Shown: positions 24,401 to 39,400 of the stretch, in pieces | Numbering within the stretch: the stretch's first letter is position 1 | Layout: every line of letters begins with the position of its first letter | Assembly (NCBI GenBank): GCA_002633005.1 | Contig: NMRA01000161.1 | Coordinates: forward strand, 200,101 to 264,100 | DNA length: 64,000 nt | Direction: 5' to 3' | DNA from: Phoronis australis | Taxonomy: Eukaryota; Animalia; Phoronida | The notes under the pieces: model-generated | What the model was told of the DNA's origin: nothing | Database searches by the model: none | The model's input: the letters and a program-made list of their open reading frames with translations, nothing else | Translations under genes and position numbers: made by a program

Positions 24401-27400
24401 GTAGAATGCGTTTGAGCGCCAGCGGTTTGACAGGCGTGTGGCCCAGGCTCCAGATATACTCGTGGTGTGGGTGTATGGTCGATAATAGAATAACATAACA
24501 CTAAAATAACTTGGTACTATTCTGCTATTCTAACTTGAAAGGAGAAATGAGTAATGTAGGATGTTAATGTTAACAATAGCGTAGGCCTAGAGGGGAATCT
24601 ACGGTGAGGATGGGTTGCGTTCCGCGGTTGGATTGGAAATTGGTTGGATGCACCCTGGCAGGAATTGTTGAGTACTCCTGTAGCATGTGATGCTTGAGCG
24701 GGAGCCACCGCAGATCATGCAGGTATGCTTGTATCTGCACTGCCAAGTAGTGCAGTTTTCCTTGTAGTTAAAGGCATAGCAGTGTCTGGTAGGTGGGTGA
24801 GATACGGTGTCAATGGTGGGGTCAGCCATGTATAGCAACCATTACTCGGATATTTCGTCGACCATGGTGTGGCCGGGTCGCAGGCTTTGTGGGAGCGGTA
24901 CTGCTCATCGTAAGGTATCCAATCTTTCCTGGTTCGCTGTGCCCCAAGTCGGACGTCGTGCATGTACTTAAGTAGTTCCGGACCTCTGTGGGGTGAGCTT
25001 CGATAAAAATTGACGCTAATATGAGAAAGGCTTCAGTCCGTTTCTCAATGGTTGCTATTTTAGGTTTGGATGGTTTTTGTTAAACGAGGCGGTTGTTAAG
25101 GACTACCACTTACTGTGGCGATGTGATGGCTGAGGTTGAGAGGAGGGTGCTAAGGTCAATATATTCGCCCACATGAACTTTTGTGTGAATTGAAGACTGT
25201 CCATGGGCACCCAATACAGGATAGACACTAGGAATTGGTGGAGGTGCCCTATAATCTCGTAAAGTCACCTCGATCAGCGGCTAACTGGCCTGGTTGGGGT
25301 TGAGTAACTGTCAGTGCGGACGTAGATTTTTGGTCGCCGTGGCTGGTCGGGGCCTGATCTAACGGTACCCTCTCTGTTCTTGATAACCTAGTCCTGGTAC
25401 TTTTAGAGGTAGCCCGCCTGATTTTGTTGCCTTGCTCTTGGCTTTTGGCATGTTGTAGCTCGGATAAGAAAATGAGTGAATGTAGTGTAGACTGAGGCTG
25501 GGACAACTGAAAGCTGGAAAGAGAGAGACCAGCCAGCGCTGCGATCCATAACGCTAAATCGTCGTGAGAGACCGTCCGCAGTTGGTATATGGTGCAACTC
25601 CGGACGGTCTGGGGACAACAGAAAACCACAGTTCAACTGTGAGTCTACACCAGTGTGATAAACGAGAGTAGTTCTACTTGCTGCGTCAGCTGCAGGTATG
25701 CTTATCTCTTTTATTACACACAATGTGTGACTGGGCAAAGCGGTTTCAAAATAATGTGGGTAAATCGGTGGAGTGTGAGACCCCTGAGGTCCCTGTCAAG
25801 TCCTCACGACAACTCTACGTTATGATCATACTAGATAGGTAACAACTAGGAGTTGGATATGAAGGTTGAAGGGGTGTAGAAAAATATTTGCTCAAATAGA
25901 AGGATTTATGTCAGTGTACCACAAATTTCATTATTTTTCAAAATAGCTCCCGCGTTTTCTTTATTTTGACGGACAATTTATCGGGAATTCCTGGTAAAAG
26001 TGCTTAGTAGAGAGTTGTGTTCTCAAGTCGGTTTGAACAACTGTTCTTTGTCAGGAAAATGGGAAAGTGGCAAACATATGACGATTACTTGATGACGTTA
26101 GTTTTAGTCGATCGTTACGCGAAACAAAGTGATTTTAGTGTGTTGACATTTATGAGTTTCTGCTATTGTTGAGTTGACCGTAAACCAGAACTTTATTACA
26201 TCACACGAGCATCAGATTCGAGAGCGGACTGCTTCTCTACAACTGCAAATATGACAGCATGCATCACGAAAAACGAGAATTGAGGGATCCCGAAGTATTA
26301 CGGTCTCCGTCGTTGGTGACAAGTGGCGAGCAGATTACTTTAGAGTGAATTTACAGACGGTTCTCATTTGTTCATTGTTGAAGCACACCATATATCATTT
26401 TAGATTGAAAGAACACCTAAAGTACTACCGTAGATGATATTTTGAAATTTATACAATGCTAAATTAGGCATTTGTTTTGCACCGGCTAATTTGGTACACG
26501 TACTTCGATTGTGGCCAGCGATTGGATCGTAAACAACCCATCGCGTGCTGTTGGCAAGCCCCATTTGAGAGAGAAATTAAATATTTATGAGCTCTTTATT
26601 CGCGATGACAGGCCTATAGCGAACATCAATTGTTAACTTGTCACACTTGTCATATTCCATTACTCATCGTTTCGTGACCTTCGCAGTGACTTAAAACATT
26701 CGTCGTTGTTTTTTTGTGTGTAATAGGATGTCCCATAATACAATGTACCTAAACAATGATGCTTAAAGTATCTATTACGCAATCACTTTTGCAGTGCCAG
26801 TGTTGGGCTTTTTCACTGTTAGAGAGTTAGCAATGGGTCGTGGGACGCTGGTCGATCAAACAGAATGAAACCAAGGAACGCACACATACAGTTGCAGCCA
26901 ACAGATGGCGATGAACATGTCTATCCCACATTTCTTTAAAGAAGCCTGGAACGTGATAAACATATTCTCTGCCAATGAAACAGAATTCAACCTGCTCACC
27001 GGGTGTTTTGGGTTTTTTCCTTAAGATTTGCAATTTCTGTTGAAACCAAATCATTTTCTTTTAGTTTCAAATTTTAACAAAAAAAATCGATCGGATAACT
27101 GCTCGCCACTTCGTCGATTTCCCCACTAGACAAAGAAAGTTTCCTTATTTGGTATGGCAAGACATAGACGTAGCACATTTCTCTTATATGGAAAAGGTGA
27201 CCTTTGAACTCAAGCGACTTCAAGCAACTGACTGTGAACGCATGAGCGCATTTATCACAAGAAGGAGGGAGTTTACAAACTCTGTGTTAACCACACAGTT
27301 TTCCCTTCGCACGCATTTTAATGTCGTGAATTTTGTGATTTTTTTCTGGAAATTTCCTCTCAGGGGAATGAATTACTCTGCACTAGACGTTGGGAGATCT

Positions 27401-30400
27401 TACCTTAGTCAGGAGTTGTTTAAAAGATATTTTTGACAAGCTGTCGCATTCCTGCCTTTTTAACATTAAAAAGTTTCATCAAGATGTTGGACTTCTGTTT
27501 AGGTTTTCCACAAAATGGAACCCTGTTCATGACAGCTCACAACGAATATTACACGTCTGCCTTCACTTCTTCGATAACCGGAGATCCCCGACAATGGAGG
27601 AACAGTAACGTTCGATTCAACGACTCAAGTAGCACTCTGGATATTTACCGCGCAATAGACGTCCAGTACAGGGACTCGAAGTTGTTCTTCACCAGTCAAG
27701 TTAACAGGTAACAATGGCTGCTAACCGTCTGAAATTATGTTTGAGTACTATAAAGATACCTTTTATGATTGCTGAGATTCAAATACAATATTTACTGGAC
27801 TAAATTTTCTTAACGTGAAGGTGGTCAACAAAAAATGTCGCTTATGTATTTTAAGGAGCATTGAAGCCAGATCGCTCACCACCGGCATCAAATATACAGT
27901 ATTTCACCCGATTTCAAAGAATGTGAAATCTATTGCCGTTGACTGGACAACGAACCAGGTCTACTGGGGAGATCCACTTTATAACTGGATCTGTATGACA
28001 ACTATCGGAGAAAACCAGGAAGGACATTTTGTTGTTATCGTCAACACTGGGCTTGATAATCCATACAGTGTAGCTGTGCATCCGGGAAAGGGGTAAGTAT
28101 CTAACATAGGTAATCATTTTCACATATTATACTGTTGAACTTGTAAAAGTCTCTGTTGTCGTGACCCAGTCGTTAATGAAGCGACTCGTGTTAGTAGGGA
28201 CTAGCTTCACATGTCAAAAATGGATTTTCAGCACGATTTTGCAAGATTGCAGACTCCCTGGGCTATCGAAAGCAAATGAAACGACGATGACAATAAAAAT
28301 TCTCCGGAACTTGAATGTTGACTACCAATCTGCCATTAATAAGCTCGTGTGACCATCCGTTTTAGTTAGCTAAAAAGAAAAAGTACTTCCACGTAGCAAA
28401 GCAACCACCTGATCAAATTTCGTATGATGTAATAAATCTCCAAGATAAAATCTCTCAAACGCTGCAACAGTCGAAATTGCCGTTTCGTTTTTGTTTGATG
28501 CAACTTTTAATTTTTTGCTCACAAAAGTCACAGAAGTCGATTTTGGATGTCTCTCGTGCAACAATGCAACATTTTTAAAAACAATTCCTCGTTACAGCGT
28601 TTAGGACAACGATACCTAAGGTATTATATGACTAAGCTTCGTGTGAATCTGTTTAACTCCTGTTCCAAAGTTGGCCAAAACTGATAACGTTTAGGGCACT
28701 ACATAACTTTAAGTTAAAGCGAACGGTATGACCTGTTTAATACTGTTTTTTTGAAGATTCTATCTACGAAAGTCATCATCGAGAATATTCATTGTCGTTT
28801 CTGTAGTACTCCTGCTACATGTACAATTATGACCTAAATCTTATATTGTACCTGTGCAATCTATTGGAATAATGACACCCGGCCATTTTGTCAGTTCTGC
28901 CGACAATGAAAGACTTCGTATAGTATATTTTCGTTGTCGAGTAACCTAGCAACTTCAGTTGGCGACGTGCATTTAACGAAGTAAGTAGGAAACAAAAACT
29001 CAATTGAAACGAGTGATTTTGAAGAACTTAAGTTAATTTATCAATCACTTTCGTTTCTTTATAGATAGAGTTTTTAGGTAAAGTTGCCAATTTACCATGA
29101 CGGCGACATCCCGTTGCTCCCAACTTGTTCGAATCTATAGCCCAACAACAAGTTGGGGAATTTACCCCCGTGGCAAATATCTTACACGACTGATTAACTC
29201 CATTCTGGGCATTTAGGGTTGGAGATCGTATCTAGCTTGACTGGACTGGGCTGATAAAAATGAAAGATAAGTTATACTATATTTGAGCTTAAACCAATAG
29301 CATTTCTGAATTCTTTGTCAAATGCTGACCATGTTCCGTTTTTGAATCACCAAAATCGCCCAACTACAACAGAAGTTAAGACAATCTAGTCTGTCCAAAC
29401 GGATTACCATTGAACGTATTGGGTTTGACTGTGTTCATACACGTTCGGTTATAGCCTGCAACCACTACACGTTGCCTTTGAAGTCTGGGAGATAAATGAC
29501 CTGCTTGTTATCATACGGGACAAAAGACTGAGCTGGGCAGTTAACAAAAGAGCCGGATGTTATCGCACGTTCAGCACCCCTCACGTCTGGAAAAGTTGCT
29601 GAACGAGAGAACGCTGTAATCCCCAAATAAGGTCCCGTTTCAAGATTACCGAAACAAAAATCTGTAAATCAGTCGCGAAATAGCCCGCAAACAGCCAAAA
29701 AATTTCGAGGGTAGTGTAGGTGTTCCCGCCGGCAAATACAAGACATACACTGTACCTTGATTCTAATCCAAGGTTGATGGAAGATCGCTTTAAGCTTTGC
29801 CTGACCTTCGTCCAAAACAACTGTAGAACTCTTTCAAAATAAGCGGAGTAGACTCCGCCAAACTCTGATAGACTTGTATCCCGGATAATTTTTTGACAGT
29901 TTAGTCGAAACGTTTTTGGAGTTTAATGCGAAGTTACAGCGTCTAGCCAAAAATTACGCCGCGAGTTTTAGCGATTCCCACTGTGTGCAGCGTGTTTGTG
30001 GTGAGACTCAGTCAAAACTGAAATGTTTTCTTGACTAGCGGAAATTTTGTCGAATTTTGGCGTTGACCAATTCATCTCTCGAAAACTACCGAACCTCACC
30101 ATGACATCATACACGTAGGCCATGTTATACTTGCAAGGTCATGGTTTTTGTGAACATGACATCATGCTAATTATGCGAATTGACTAGTGTTTTAATACTT
30201 AACTTTCGACAAGCGAAACGAGGTAGAAAACGAAAAAAGGCAACAAATAAGGACGATGGAATCAAAGATGATTCTTTAAGTTAATGTTCACTCTGAAGCC
30301 CCAATACATAGCCTCTTAACGAGACAGGAATCACTTCGCGAGTTTGTGCCTGTCCCTTGACGTTATCATTGATCCTGCACAGCAAGGATTCACCTGAGGT

Positions 30401-33400
30401 TTGCAAATCCTCCAGCTGATTTTTAATGCGGAGGGCGAGAAATAGAGAATCCTCCACGAGTCTCAGGTTTATGACACGGACAAAACTTTTTGGTAATTTT
30501 GCCACCCCCGAGGCTTGCCGAGGGATTTTGACGAAATTTCCACGAGGTTTTGCCATCGTCATCTGTTTTCTTAGATGAACCTTAAAAACGATCTTTTTTT
30601 ACAAAAACCTCGTGGTGTCTACAACTTTCAACCACAGGACGCAACTTTTGTAAAAACACGTTTCCGCAATATAAAGTAATTCCGTGACATTTTGCTAAAT
30701 TAGTTTTATTTTAAGCTTATCATTGTAAACTTCAGCATACGTAGCAAGTATTCAAGTAAGAATCAAATAAACAGTCTTTGGAGTTACATTATAATATTAA
30801 AACTTAAAAAATATTTACATGTATTAATAACAATCAGCAAGGCTTCCCCGCGCGTGAACACTGAATTGACCTTGAGACCGAACAGCTAGACAGTCTCACC
30901 GTATCTACATTCACTGAAACATCATCAATTCTTACAAGATTAGCTTTTTTAAAGGCTTATCTTGTTGGCAATTAAAATTGATGAAAATAATCTATGAAAC
31001 TGTGGATGTTCGCAGATGCATAAAGATGTAAATCAGAGACCAACGAATTTGTTTATCAAAACGAAAAGTTATAAGCAATTTCCGCAGGCATGCAGGCTGA
31101 TTTTTTGACAGATAACTAGGGGGAGCATGGAAGATGGGGCAGTCGTATTAAGGTGTGTTTTTCCTCATTTTAGAGGTAACTACAACGGTTCTTGAGTTAT
31201 ACTTGAGTCCCCAAAAACGTTAAAATCTTGTTTATTATTGCGAGTACTTTGAGTACCCCGGGTCGACAAGTACAAATCCATCACAAATCGCAGCCCGACA
31301 GTCTTTTGGACATGTGCGAATTCCTTACAAACAACTCCTAGTAACAATCTTCAAAAGAAATACTATTCTTGTGATACTGTGGGAAAAAGTAACATTATTT
31401 CATAAATAACCATCGGAAATAGTCATTTTGTGTAATTCACAAATAGTGGTCTTCACGTTCTTCAAATTTTCACCTTTTCAATTGCGGTCAATCTTATTGT
31501 ATTTTTCGCATTTTTGGTGGTTTCGGTCGAATGTCTTGATACTGCTGGGCTGTGCACGAATGCTTTGTGTTTTTGATGAATTTGGAATCTCAACTTCCCC
31601 TCTAGGCAAGTTCGGATTTACATGTATGGAGGAACAAAGTGACAATTCCCCCGAACCGCCCCACCGAGAGAGACACTTAAGATGAAAGGCTAAACATCGT
31701 TAAGCGTGGAAAAGAGTGACATTTCTTTCCATCGTCGCAAGAAGAGACAATTTTTAACGTGAAAGCCGGTTGTTTGATTTTCTAAAAGCAGGAAAATAGA
31801 CATAATCGGTCACGGGTGCCTTAAGATTTTGTAAATAAAAACACTTGAATGTCATGAATGGTCCCTTCAAGGGCTAAATATGAAAAGATATATAGTTTCA
31901 AAGATCAGGAAACTCACAGCAATTGATGTTATCTGTCAGGTCTTCAATTTTTCTCAAGTGATATAAACGTGGAGAAAAAAAACAAAAAATAGAGCGACAG
32001 TTGTCTCCATTATCTCATGCTAGAGAGGATATATATATAGTTTTGCATTTGCAAAATTGTCTTATAGAATTTAAAATTTTCTCGATTTTTCGAAAAACAT
32101 ATACGAATTATGAAGCGCCCGTTTTCAAGTGCGTTTAGACGACCTATGCTACACAAAAGCGGAGACCCTAACAACAATGTCCTGGCCAGGGCATTGAAAG
32201 GGTAAACTATACACTGATACTGAGTTGTCAACTGTTCTCTTGAATATCCTCTTATTCTTTCTTTTCTCGACTTTCCGCGACCCCGTGTCTATATAGGCTG
32301 CCACGGTTTACCTTGGCGCCTGGAATTTTTTGGTGGCACGTGACCCCGCTCCCTTCCCCCCGCTTCCTACAGCCCTGCATGTACTGTATATGACAGGGTG
32401 GGTAATAGCTTTGTCCATGACAACAATGTGTCAAATCCTTGCAAGTTGAACATTTCTTGCACTTTCAACACATAGCCAAATATGAGCATAATCTGGAACG
32501 AAAGATTTTCTCTGCATTCTGTTTCGAAGAAGCTGTCAGTATTTAAACACAGGCGAGATTATCGTTGGTTAAGTTACATTGTCTTCAAATTTTATTGACA
32601 GGTATTTATTTTGGACGGAAAATGGTGCTGTACCTAAAATTGAACGAGCGACGCTGTCTGGAAAGAAACGGACTGTTCTTGCCACCAGAAATGTGGGATC
32701 GGCAAGGACCATTCTATTAGATTATGCCACTGATCTTCTGTACTGGTCAAGTTCGAACAGAGTTGAACGGATGACCATGGACGGAGCTGGCAGAGAACTG
32801 GTTTATCGGTCGTATTATGACAACTTCATGGACATTGCCTTGTACCACGTATGTATGAGCAATTGTAACTGATGCCATTCCTATAGTTGTGAAAGACTCG
32901 ACAACTGTATTCGGAACAAGAAATAAAGATTGTATAGACGCAGATGTATAACTGATAGTTTCCACGTGATATCGTGGCTGTGGTAGTCTTTACGTTTTTA
33001 CTTAAGTATAACTGACTGTCCAAGTCTTGTGTGAAAAATGTGAAATGCCGCTAAGTGGGATGGATGATATTACAACTGGCTGTAAACTGTTATTGCACAG
33101 ATATCGGAAGCTGTGTGGTAAAAGGCACTAGATCAGCACTCTAGAGATTTGTGGTGCGATACCCATTTGGGGTTCTGATTTTTCTGTACTTATTTGATTT
33201 GTTTGTTTAAAGAGGCATGGAACGCAAAAGTTCGTCAAAATATTTTTAAACAATTCTTGACGAAAGTACAATCTCGTAAAGTCTACTGAAGAGTTATTCA
33301 CCTTACCCTGCATTGGAATTTCTTGAAAACAATCACAACATTAATGATATTTAAACTACGTGCCATGGAAAAACCGTGTAGTCACCAGAGTTTCTAATCT

Positions 33401-36400
33401 CTCTCCCACGTATGATCAATGCGCGCATGCGCTCACAGTCATTCGACAAACAACTGGCTGATAAAATTGGTATTAACGGCAGATTATCCAGCTTTATCGC
33501 ACTCCGAGTCGTAGATCAACTACACGATATGAGACAAGCCATGCACTCCGAGTCGTAGATCAACTACACGATATGAGACAAGCCATGCACTCCGAGTCGT
33601 AGATCAACTACACGATATGAGACAAGCCATGCCAGTGAAGCAAGCGATTTCCCAAAAAGAATTCCAATTGCATTTTGGAATACATGTGAATGCCACGATA
33701 TCTGTATATCTAACTTCAAACAGTTAAGACTCAGTGTACATTGCTTTTTATTCGGTGTGGTTGTTGCTTGAAATAGCCAATGTTTTTATACAACGGGTCA
33801 GAGGTCACACTTTCAATACAAGATATATGTGCTACGTCTGTGTCTTGCTCTGACAAAAAAGGAGACGTGGCTTGCCTTGTGAGCGAAAAGTCAGCAAAGT
33901 GAAGAGCAGTTGACTGATTGTCGGTCACGTGACCTTGCTTGTTCGGGGAAATTTAGAAAAACAAGACAGGCGTATCCACAGCAAAACAAAAGGATCATTA
34001 ACATGACCATTAACATAAATGTTCTAGATAAAATCTCAAAAAGTTTGATATAGTTTCCTAATTATCGTTTCGTTTTTGTTTTACGTGACTTAATTTTTTC
34101 ATAAAAGTCGTTTAAGCGGAATCATGTTTTTGATAACCCTTCGTGCACAGTGGAACATTAAGAAATAATTCCTGGAGAGTGTTGGAGAAGAGTACATAAA
34201 GCACACTATCTGAAAGTTTCAAGTGAATCCAATCTGCTATTTCTAACACACGATGTCCCAAAGTTGGCCAAAATTGGGCATAGCTCTACTATCCTGCACA
34301 ACCTATAATGGAACACAAGACATAAGCTACTACAATGTAGATGAAGTTGACAAAGAGCGAAAAATCTTACTTGATTTTGTGTTTTAGGAGCTGTTATTTG
34401 CCAGTAGCTATTCGCTGACGAGCAGTGGGCACTACACGATTGAAATCCTCAACGTTGTGACAAAGTCTTACGTTCGACGGCTAAAGGTGAAGTCTGGCGC
34501 TGTTCCGTTGGGACTTGTTATGTTTGACAGCTCTCGTCAACCACAATTTTCCTCAGGTTTGTGCTAATTTGACCAAAGACAAAGTTGCTATAGAAAATGT
34601 TTTGCGTTGATGGTGCATAGAGGACCCAGCATTCTAGAACGTTATTTATCCAAAAAAAAAAAACAAAGAAACAAACAAAAAACAAATAACACCAGTTGAA
34701 GGAGGTATTTTATATTTGACTAATTTTAATCACCAATCCTGATATAGGATACGCCAATATTTGTGTAAATTGTCTATAAGGACTTCGCGTTTCTTTTGTA
34801 TTGCTTGCAGCCTGTGCTAACAAAGGATGTAAAGAGTTTTGTGTAAACGACCCAGATGGCGCTGTATGTTTATGTCGTCACGGGAAGCGATTGTTGGAAG
34901 ATGGGGTGAGCTGTTCCGGTAAGATATTCATGGCTGAAAATCGAGTCATAGTATTTTTGAATAGTATCAATTTGAAACGACTCAATTTAACCACCCCTCA
35001 ACGCGCGTGTAATTTCCGACTCATCACTTACCCAAAGAAACCTGCCGCTAAAAGTGTGTCAGTTTGTCGGCGATTTATGAAAAGTCACTGAAATTTTATA
35101 TCGCTCTGTTTAGGTGGTTAAAATGGAATCATGCCTTTACTCCCATCAAGTCGATCTCGTCAAGTTTTTTAAATCATAAGATTCCAATTCCTGTAACAAC
35201 CAACTCAGGTCACGGGCTAAGCGTTCGTGAGACATCTTTAATTTATGGATGACCAGCCCCACAATAATTTGACTTTCTTGACTCGTTGATCAGTTCTATG
35301 GTTTTGTTGGTAACGTAAGTAGAATCTATCACGGTAGGGAATATCATGGGAGCGATTGGAGTTTCGCGAGAAAGTGTCCCAATTGTTTTTTTTTCAATGA
35401 AGCAGTGGTGGAAATGCAGATTTAACTTTCAGTTGTCACTCTTGAATTGTCTCACGTAGGCTTGTATCTATGGCAATGTCAAAACTGGTAGCATCAGTGC
35501 TCGTAGCCAGCAGTTTCGAATTTTATCGTGCCATTGAACGAATCATTTTAGCAATATCATACATACTTTATTAAAACGCGGTAAGGTAACTTCTGATATA
35601 TCGAAATACTGAGTAAGCAGGTCGTGATCTGACCAACTAGTCGATGTAGAAATCAGAAACCCCGACTACAAAGCGAGCAGACGATGACTGAACAATTATG
35701 GTAATCCGTAACAACAGACAAAAGAATCACACTAAAGAAGGCACTCTGGTGTAATAAAAACATGGACCGATCCTTCGGACATATCAGTTCACGTGGACCT
35801 CAGGGCCACACCATTTTTATTTAATAACAAGTAAAATTTTGAGTGAAAACCCACAGCTAAAAGTGTTTATTGTTTGTGCGACTTTGTTTCAGGTTATGAC
35901 CGAATGCACCCGCCGTTTTTCGTGTACGCTCACGGTTGGACTATCTGCCAACTACCGAAATACTTCCCAGATCACGACAGCACTGTATCAAACAACGACT
36001 GTTTGATCCCTGTGTCCAGTGCAAGAGATTTTGGTGCCGTGGCCTTTGATGTCCATGCAGAGACAATCTTTACTGCCGAGGAGTCGGGAAGAGTCATCTA
36101 TGCCTTGAAAAATAACAAGATATCAAAAACAATGTCCGGCTTCGGGAGTATTCACGGTACTTACTAGATTCATGTAGCGTACATATTTGACATTGTTTCG
36201 ATGCATAACTCCAGAAATAAATGTTCATTTCTTTTCTGTCCGACTGGAACATGTGTCAATTCCGGAAAATTCTCGACAAAATATTGACAGGTAAAGACCG
36301 ATGCACTTCGTCAAATTCGTGTTAATTTGCTTTGCAAATTTGCAATTGGCGGCTAGGCACAATGAAGTCAAATTAATCCCCTACTAAAGACCGAGTAGAA

Positions 36401-39400
36401 TCCCACTTCATTGTGACAAATATTTGACTAAATTGTCAAATAATTATCTGCCAGAAGCTCATCCAACTTTGACAGAGCCTGACCCAAGTTTATCTAATTG
36501 TCAACAACTGTAATTGCAACCATAAATTTTTGTCTTAAGTGTTTATTTGTAAATTTACAATGTATTTCATAGACGTTGTGTTTGGTTTACATATGCATTA
36601 ATATTTGAACGTGTGCCTAGAAACTAACAGAATACCTAATGATTGGCGGAACAGTATTTTTAAAGTCTCTGTTCAAAGTAAAAAAATCACCAAAAACGCA
36701 TAATAATTTCGTGAAAAAATAAAGACAAGTTAATAAGAATTATTCACATTCAGAAAATGTATACTTTGTACCAGTTACAACTAACAGAATTTATGATATT
36801 TGCACATGTAAGTACAACCTGGTAAACAGAGTTCACAGCTACCATAAAGGTACATGTAACCCATATTCTTATACAATCTGGAATTGTTCATTACTCAGAT
36901 TAGAGGTACTTTTTCGTTATTTTTCGGCTGTTAAAGTAACTGACCTGATCTAGACAGCGAATAATTATACGTGTAGTTCTTCCAAATCCCTGAATCACTT
37001 CTAATATGCGTAATGAGCAAGATGAGGTCAATTTACACAGAAGGCTTCTCGTCCGAGTTGTAGTCAGCAATGACTGCCAGGGCAAAGAGAAGTAACTCTA
37101 CTTGCGACTTTTCAGCCATGGGCGCGGATTGGATCAACTCTAAACTTTACTGGGTGGACACCGTATTGAAACACATCAAAGTGTCCGAAGAATCGGGTCA
37201 TCACCAGCACGTGCTCTTGTCCAATTTAGACGACCCACGTGGTTTAGCAGTGGATCCTGTCAACAGGTATCTTTATTGAGCATAGGGTTATGGTAGCAAC
37301 GTCTTGAATACACTGGCGAGATTTAGGACTGTCTACCCTGATTTAAGTGGTTTAAATACATGTAGTGATAAAACCTTGTCATACATGAACATTTCTAAGA
37401 TAAAATTGTTAAGATTGGTTTTAACTTATGTCATACTTTAAGACGCCTTTTCTGGTGCGGGGAGAAACACCGAAAGTGGTATATACGCGTCGCGTATCTC
37501 GACGGAAGTAACGTGACTGATTACGTCATCGCCGACGAAAGACCCAGGTTTCGTGTCGGCATCCCTACATCGCTTACTGTCGACTATCAAGATGGCAGGT
37601 GCGTTTCTTAAGCACAGCGTATTAAACTTAGGGTAACCAATTAGTAATATTTTGATTACACATATTTTTGTTTTCAGACATGCACATGTTTTTAAAATAA
37701 ATTAATTGTATCCTGTTTGTTTGACTCACGCGAGATTCACTAAATACATCCGCTGAAATCCACATTGCTTGGCGAAACGAGGAAATGATGATGTCACGCG
37801 GGGACGATCATGCACGCACACGCACGCAAAAATGCACACTTACGCACACACACCCACATACACGCGCACGAACGCACCAACAAATTAAAAACACCCACCA
37901 ATGCTAATGTCACCAACATTATTTCAAATTAAAAAATAAATAATGTTATCATAACCAGTTACCATCATTTTCTCCGTTCTCAAAGCCTAGATATGAAAAC
38001 GGTGAAATGATCTGAACATTAACATTGAAAAGCTTGTTTAAAATGTCTTTGTCATGTCACCAAATGGTTTGAACAATCAAATAGAATTAAGGAATCAACA
38101 CCAAGCAACTAGATTTTTTGAAAAGTTAACCAACTTTTAATAAAATGACTGTTGACACTGTACTGATGCCGTGGGTAACTTGTTCGAGGTGGACATACTT
38201 AATAAGAATTGTGTTGGAAAGATTTGAGGAATCTTTGTGTGGTAGAGTAACTTTGCTCCCATAGTGAGTGGATAGTGAATATGAAGAAAGCGTACTTTTA
38301 ATATTTTAAGTTGTGGCAATACCCTGAAAGTTGTATTTTTGCCGTCTTCAACAGGTTATACTGGAGTGATTCGTATCTCAACAAAATACTGTCAGTGCCA
38401 CTACACGGGAAAAAATACGGAGGGATCACGCATGTGTACACTGATTCATCATTCTTGGCCCGTATATTTGATTTCACCACTTTCCAGGTTAGTGTTGTCA
38501 CTAAGCAGCGGCAACTCATGGTGTTTGCGTCCCTGGTATGTATTTTGATGGAATGTTTACTGTTGTTAAGGGGTGAACGATTTTAAATTGTGTGTTAAAA
38601 TACGTTCAAATTAAACTATTTAACGAAATTGTTATTGCTGTTTGTCATGATACATTTACGTTAATGAAGAAAATGTATTGCTTGTGAACGATCTTTAACA
38701 ACTCACAAATACAGTGTAAAGACAGTAAACGCTAAGTGAAATAAAGGCAGATGGGGGGGTGCAAGGGGGCCAAAGCCCTCCCCTAAAGTTCTACCATATT
38801 CCAGTTGGCTTTTCGGGGGTGCGAATGTCTGACGAACAAAATCCTGGCTAACACTGCCCTTCCCACCCCCCCCCAACTCAAAATCCAGGATCCGCCCCTG
38901 TCACGTCTGCTATGTATATACATGTATAAATAACACGCAGGTCTGGAGTTCCAGGTCCGCGAGTGTTGAGCTTGGTTACAAAGCGTGGGGTTTTTGGGTG
39001 GATTTGATGTTTGCTGGTCCGGGAGGGGGTGGATTTTCGGGGGCTCAAGCTAGATTCGCGAGCATGGAATCATCGTTTTCAACACCTGACGTTTATATTA
39101 ACAGGATTACGTCGTGTGGACTGACAACAGCCCGTTTAATCGTGGCGTCTACGCGGCAATTAAACACGGCAGAAAGTTGAAGAGATTAACACAAAGAAAT
39201 GGTGAAACCCATGGGATAGTCATGTACGACTACGCAAAACAGCCTCTAAATGGATCTTCAGGTATTGGAAAAGCTCACAGTGGTTCATCCTAGTTGACGT
39301 AATTACTGATTTTCGTAATAATTATAACCGCACAATATTGAAATTCATGTGATTAGTGTAATGGGCCCGGCCTTGTGGCCTAAACACGCCTGATGTACCG

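Noticed and set aside
26727-26826. Alternative first coding exon (MMLKVSITQSLLQCQCWAFSLL)
   Set aside because: Poor signal peptide and weak donor compared with 12390-12450; it could still be a minor or UTR exon.
37267-37440. Read-through after exon 8 gives RYLY*A*G, which looked like a broken YWTD blade (pseudogene or lost blade)
   Set aside because: The real blade is an intact phase 2-2 exon at 37443-37598, so propeller 2 is complete and the stops are intronic.
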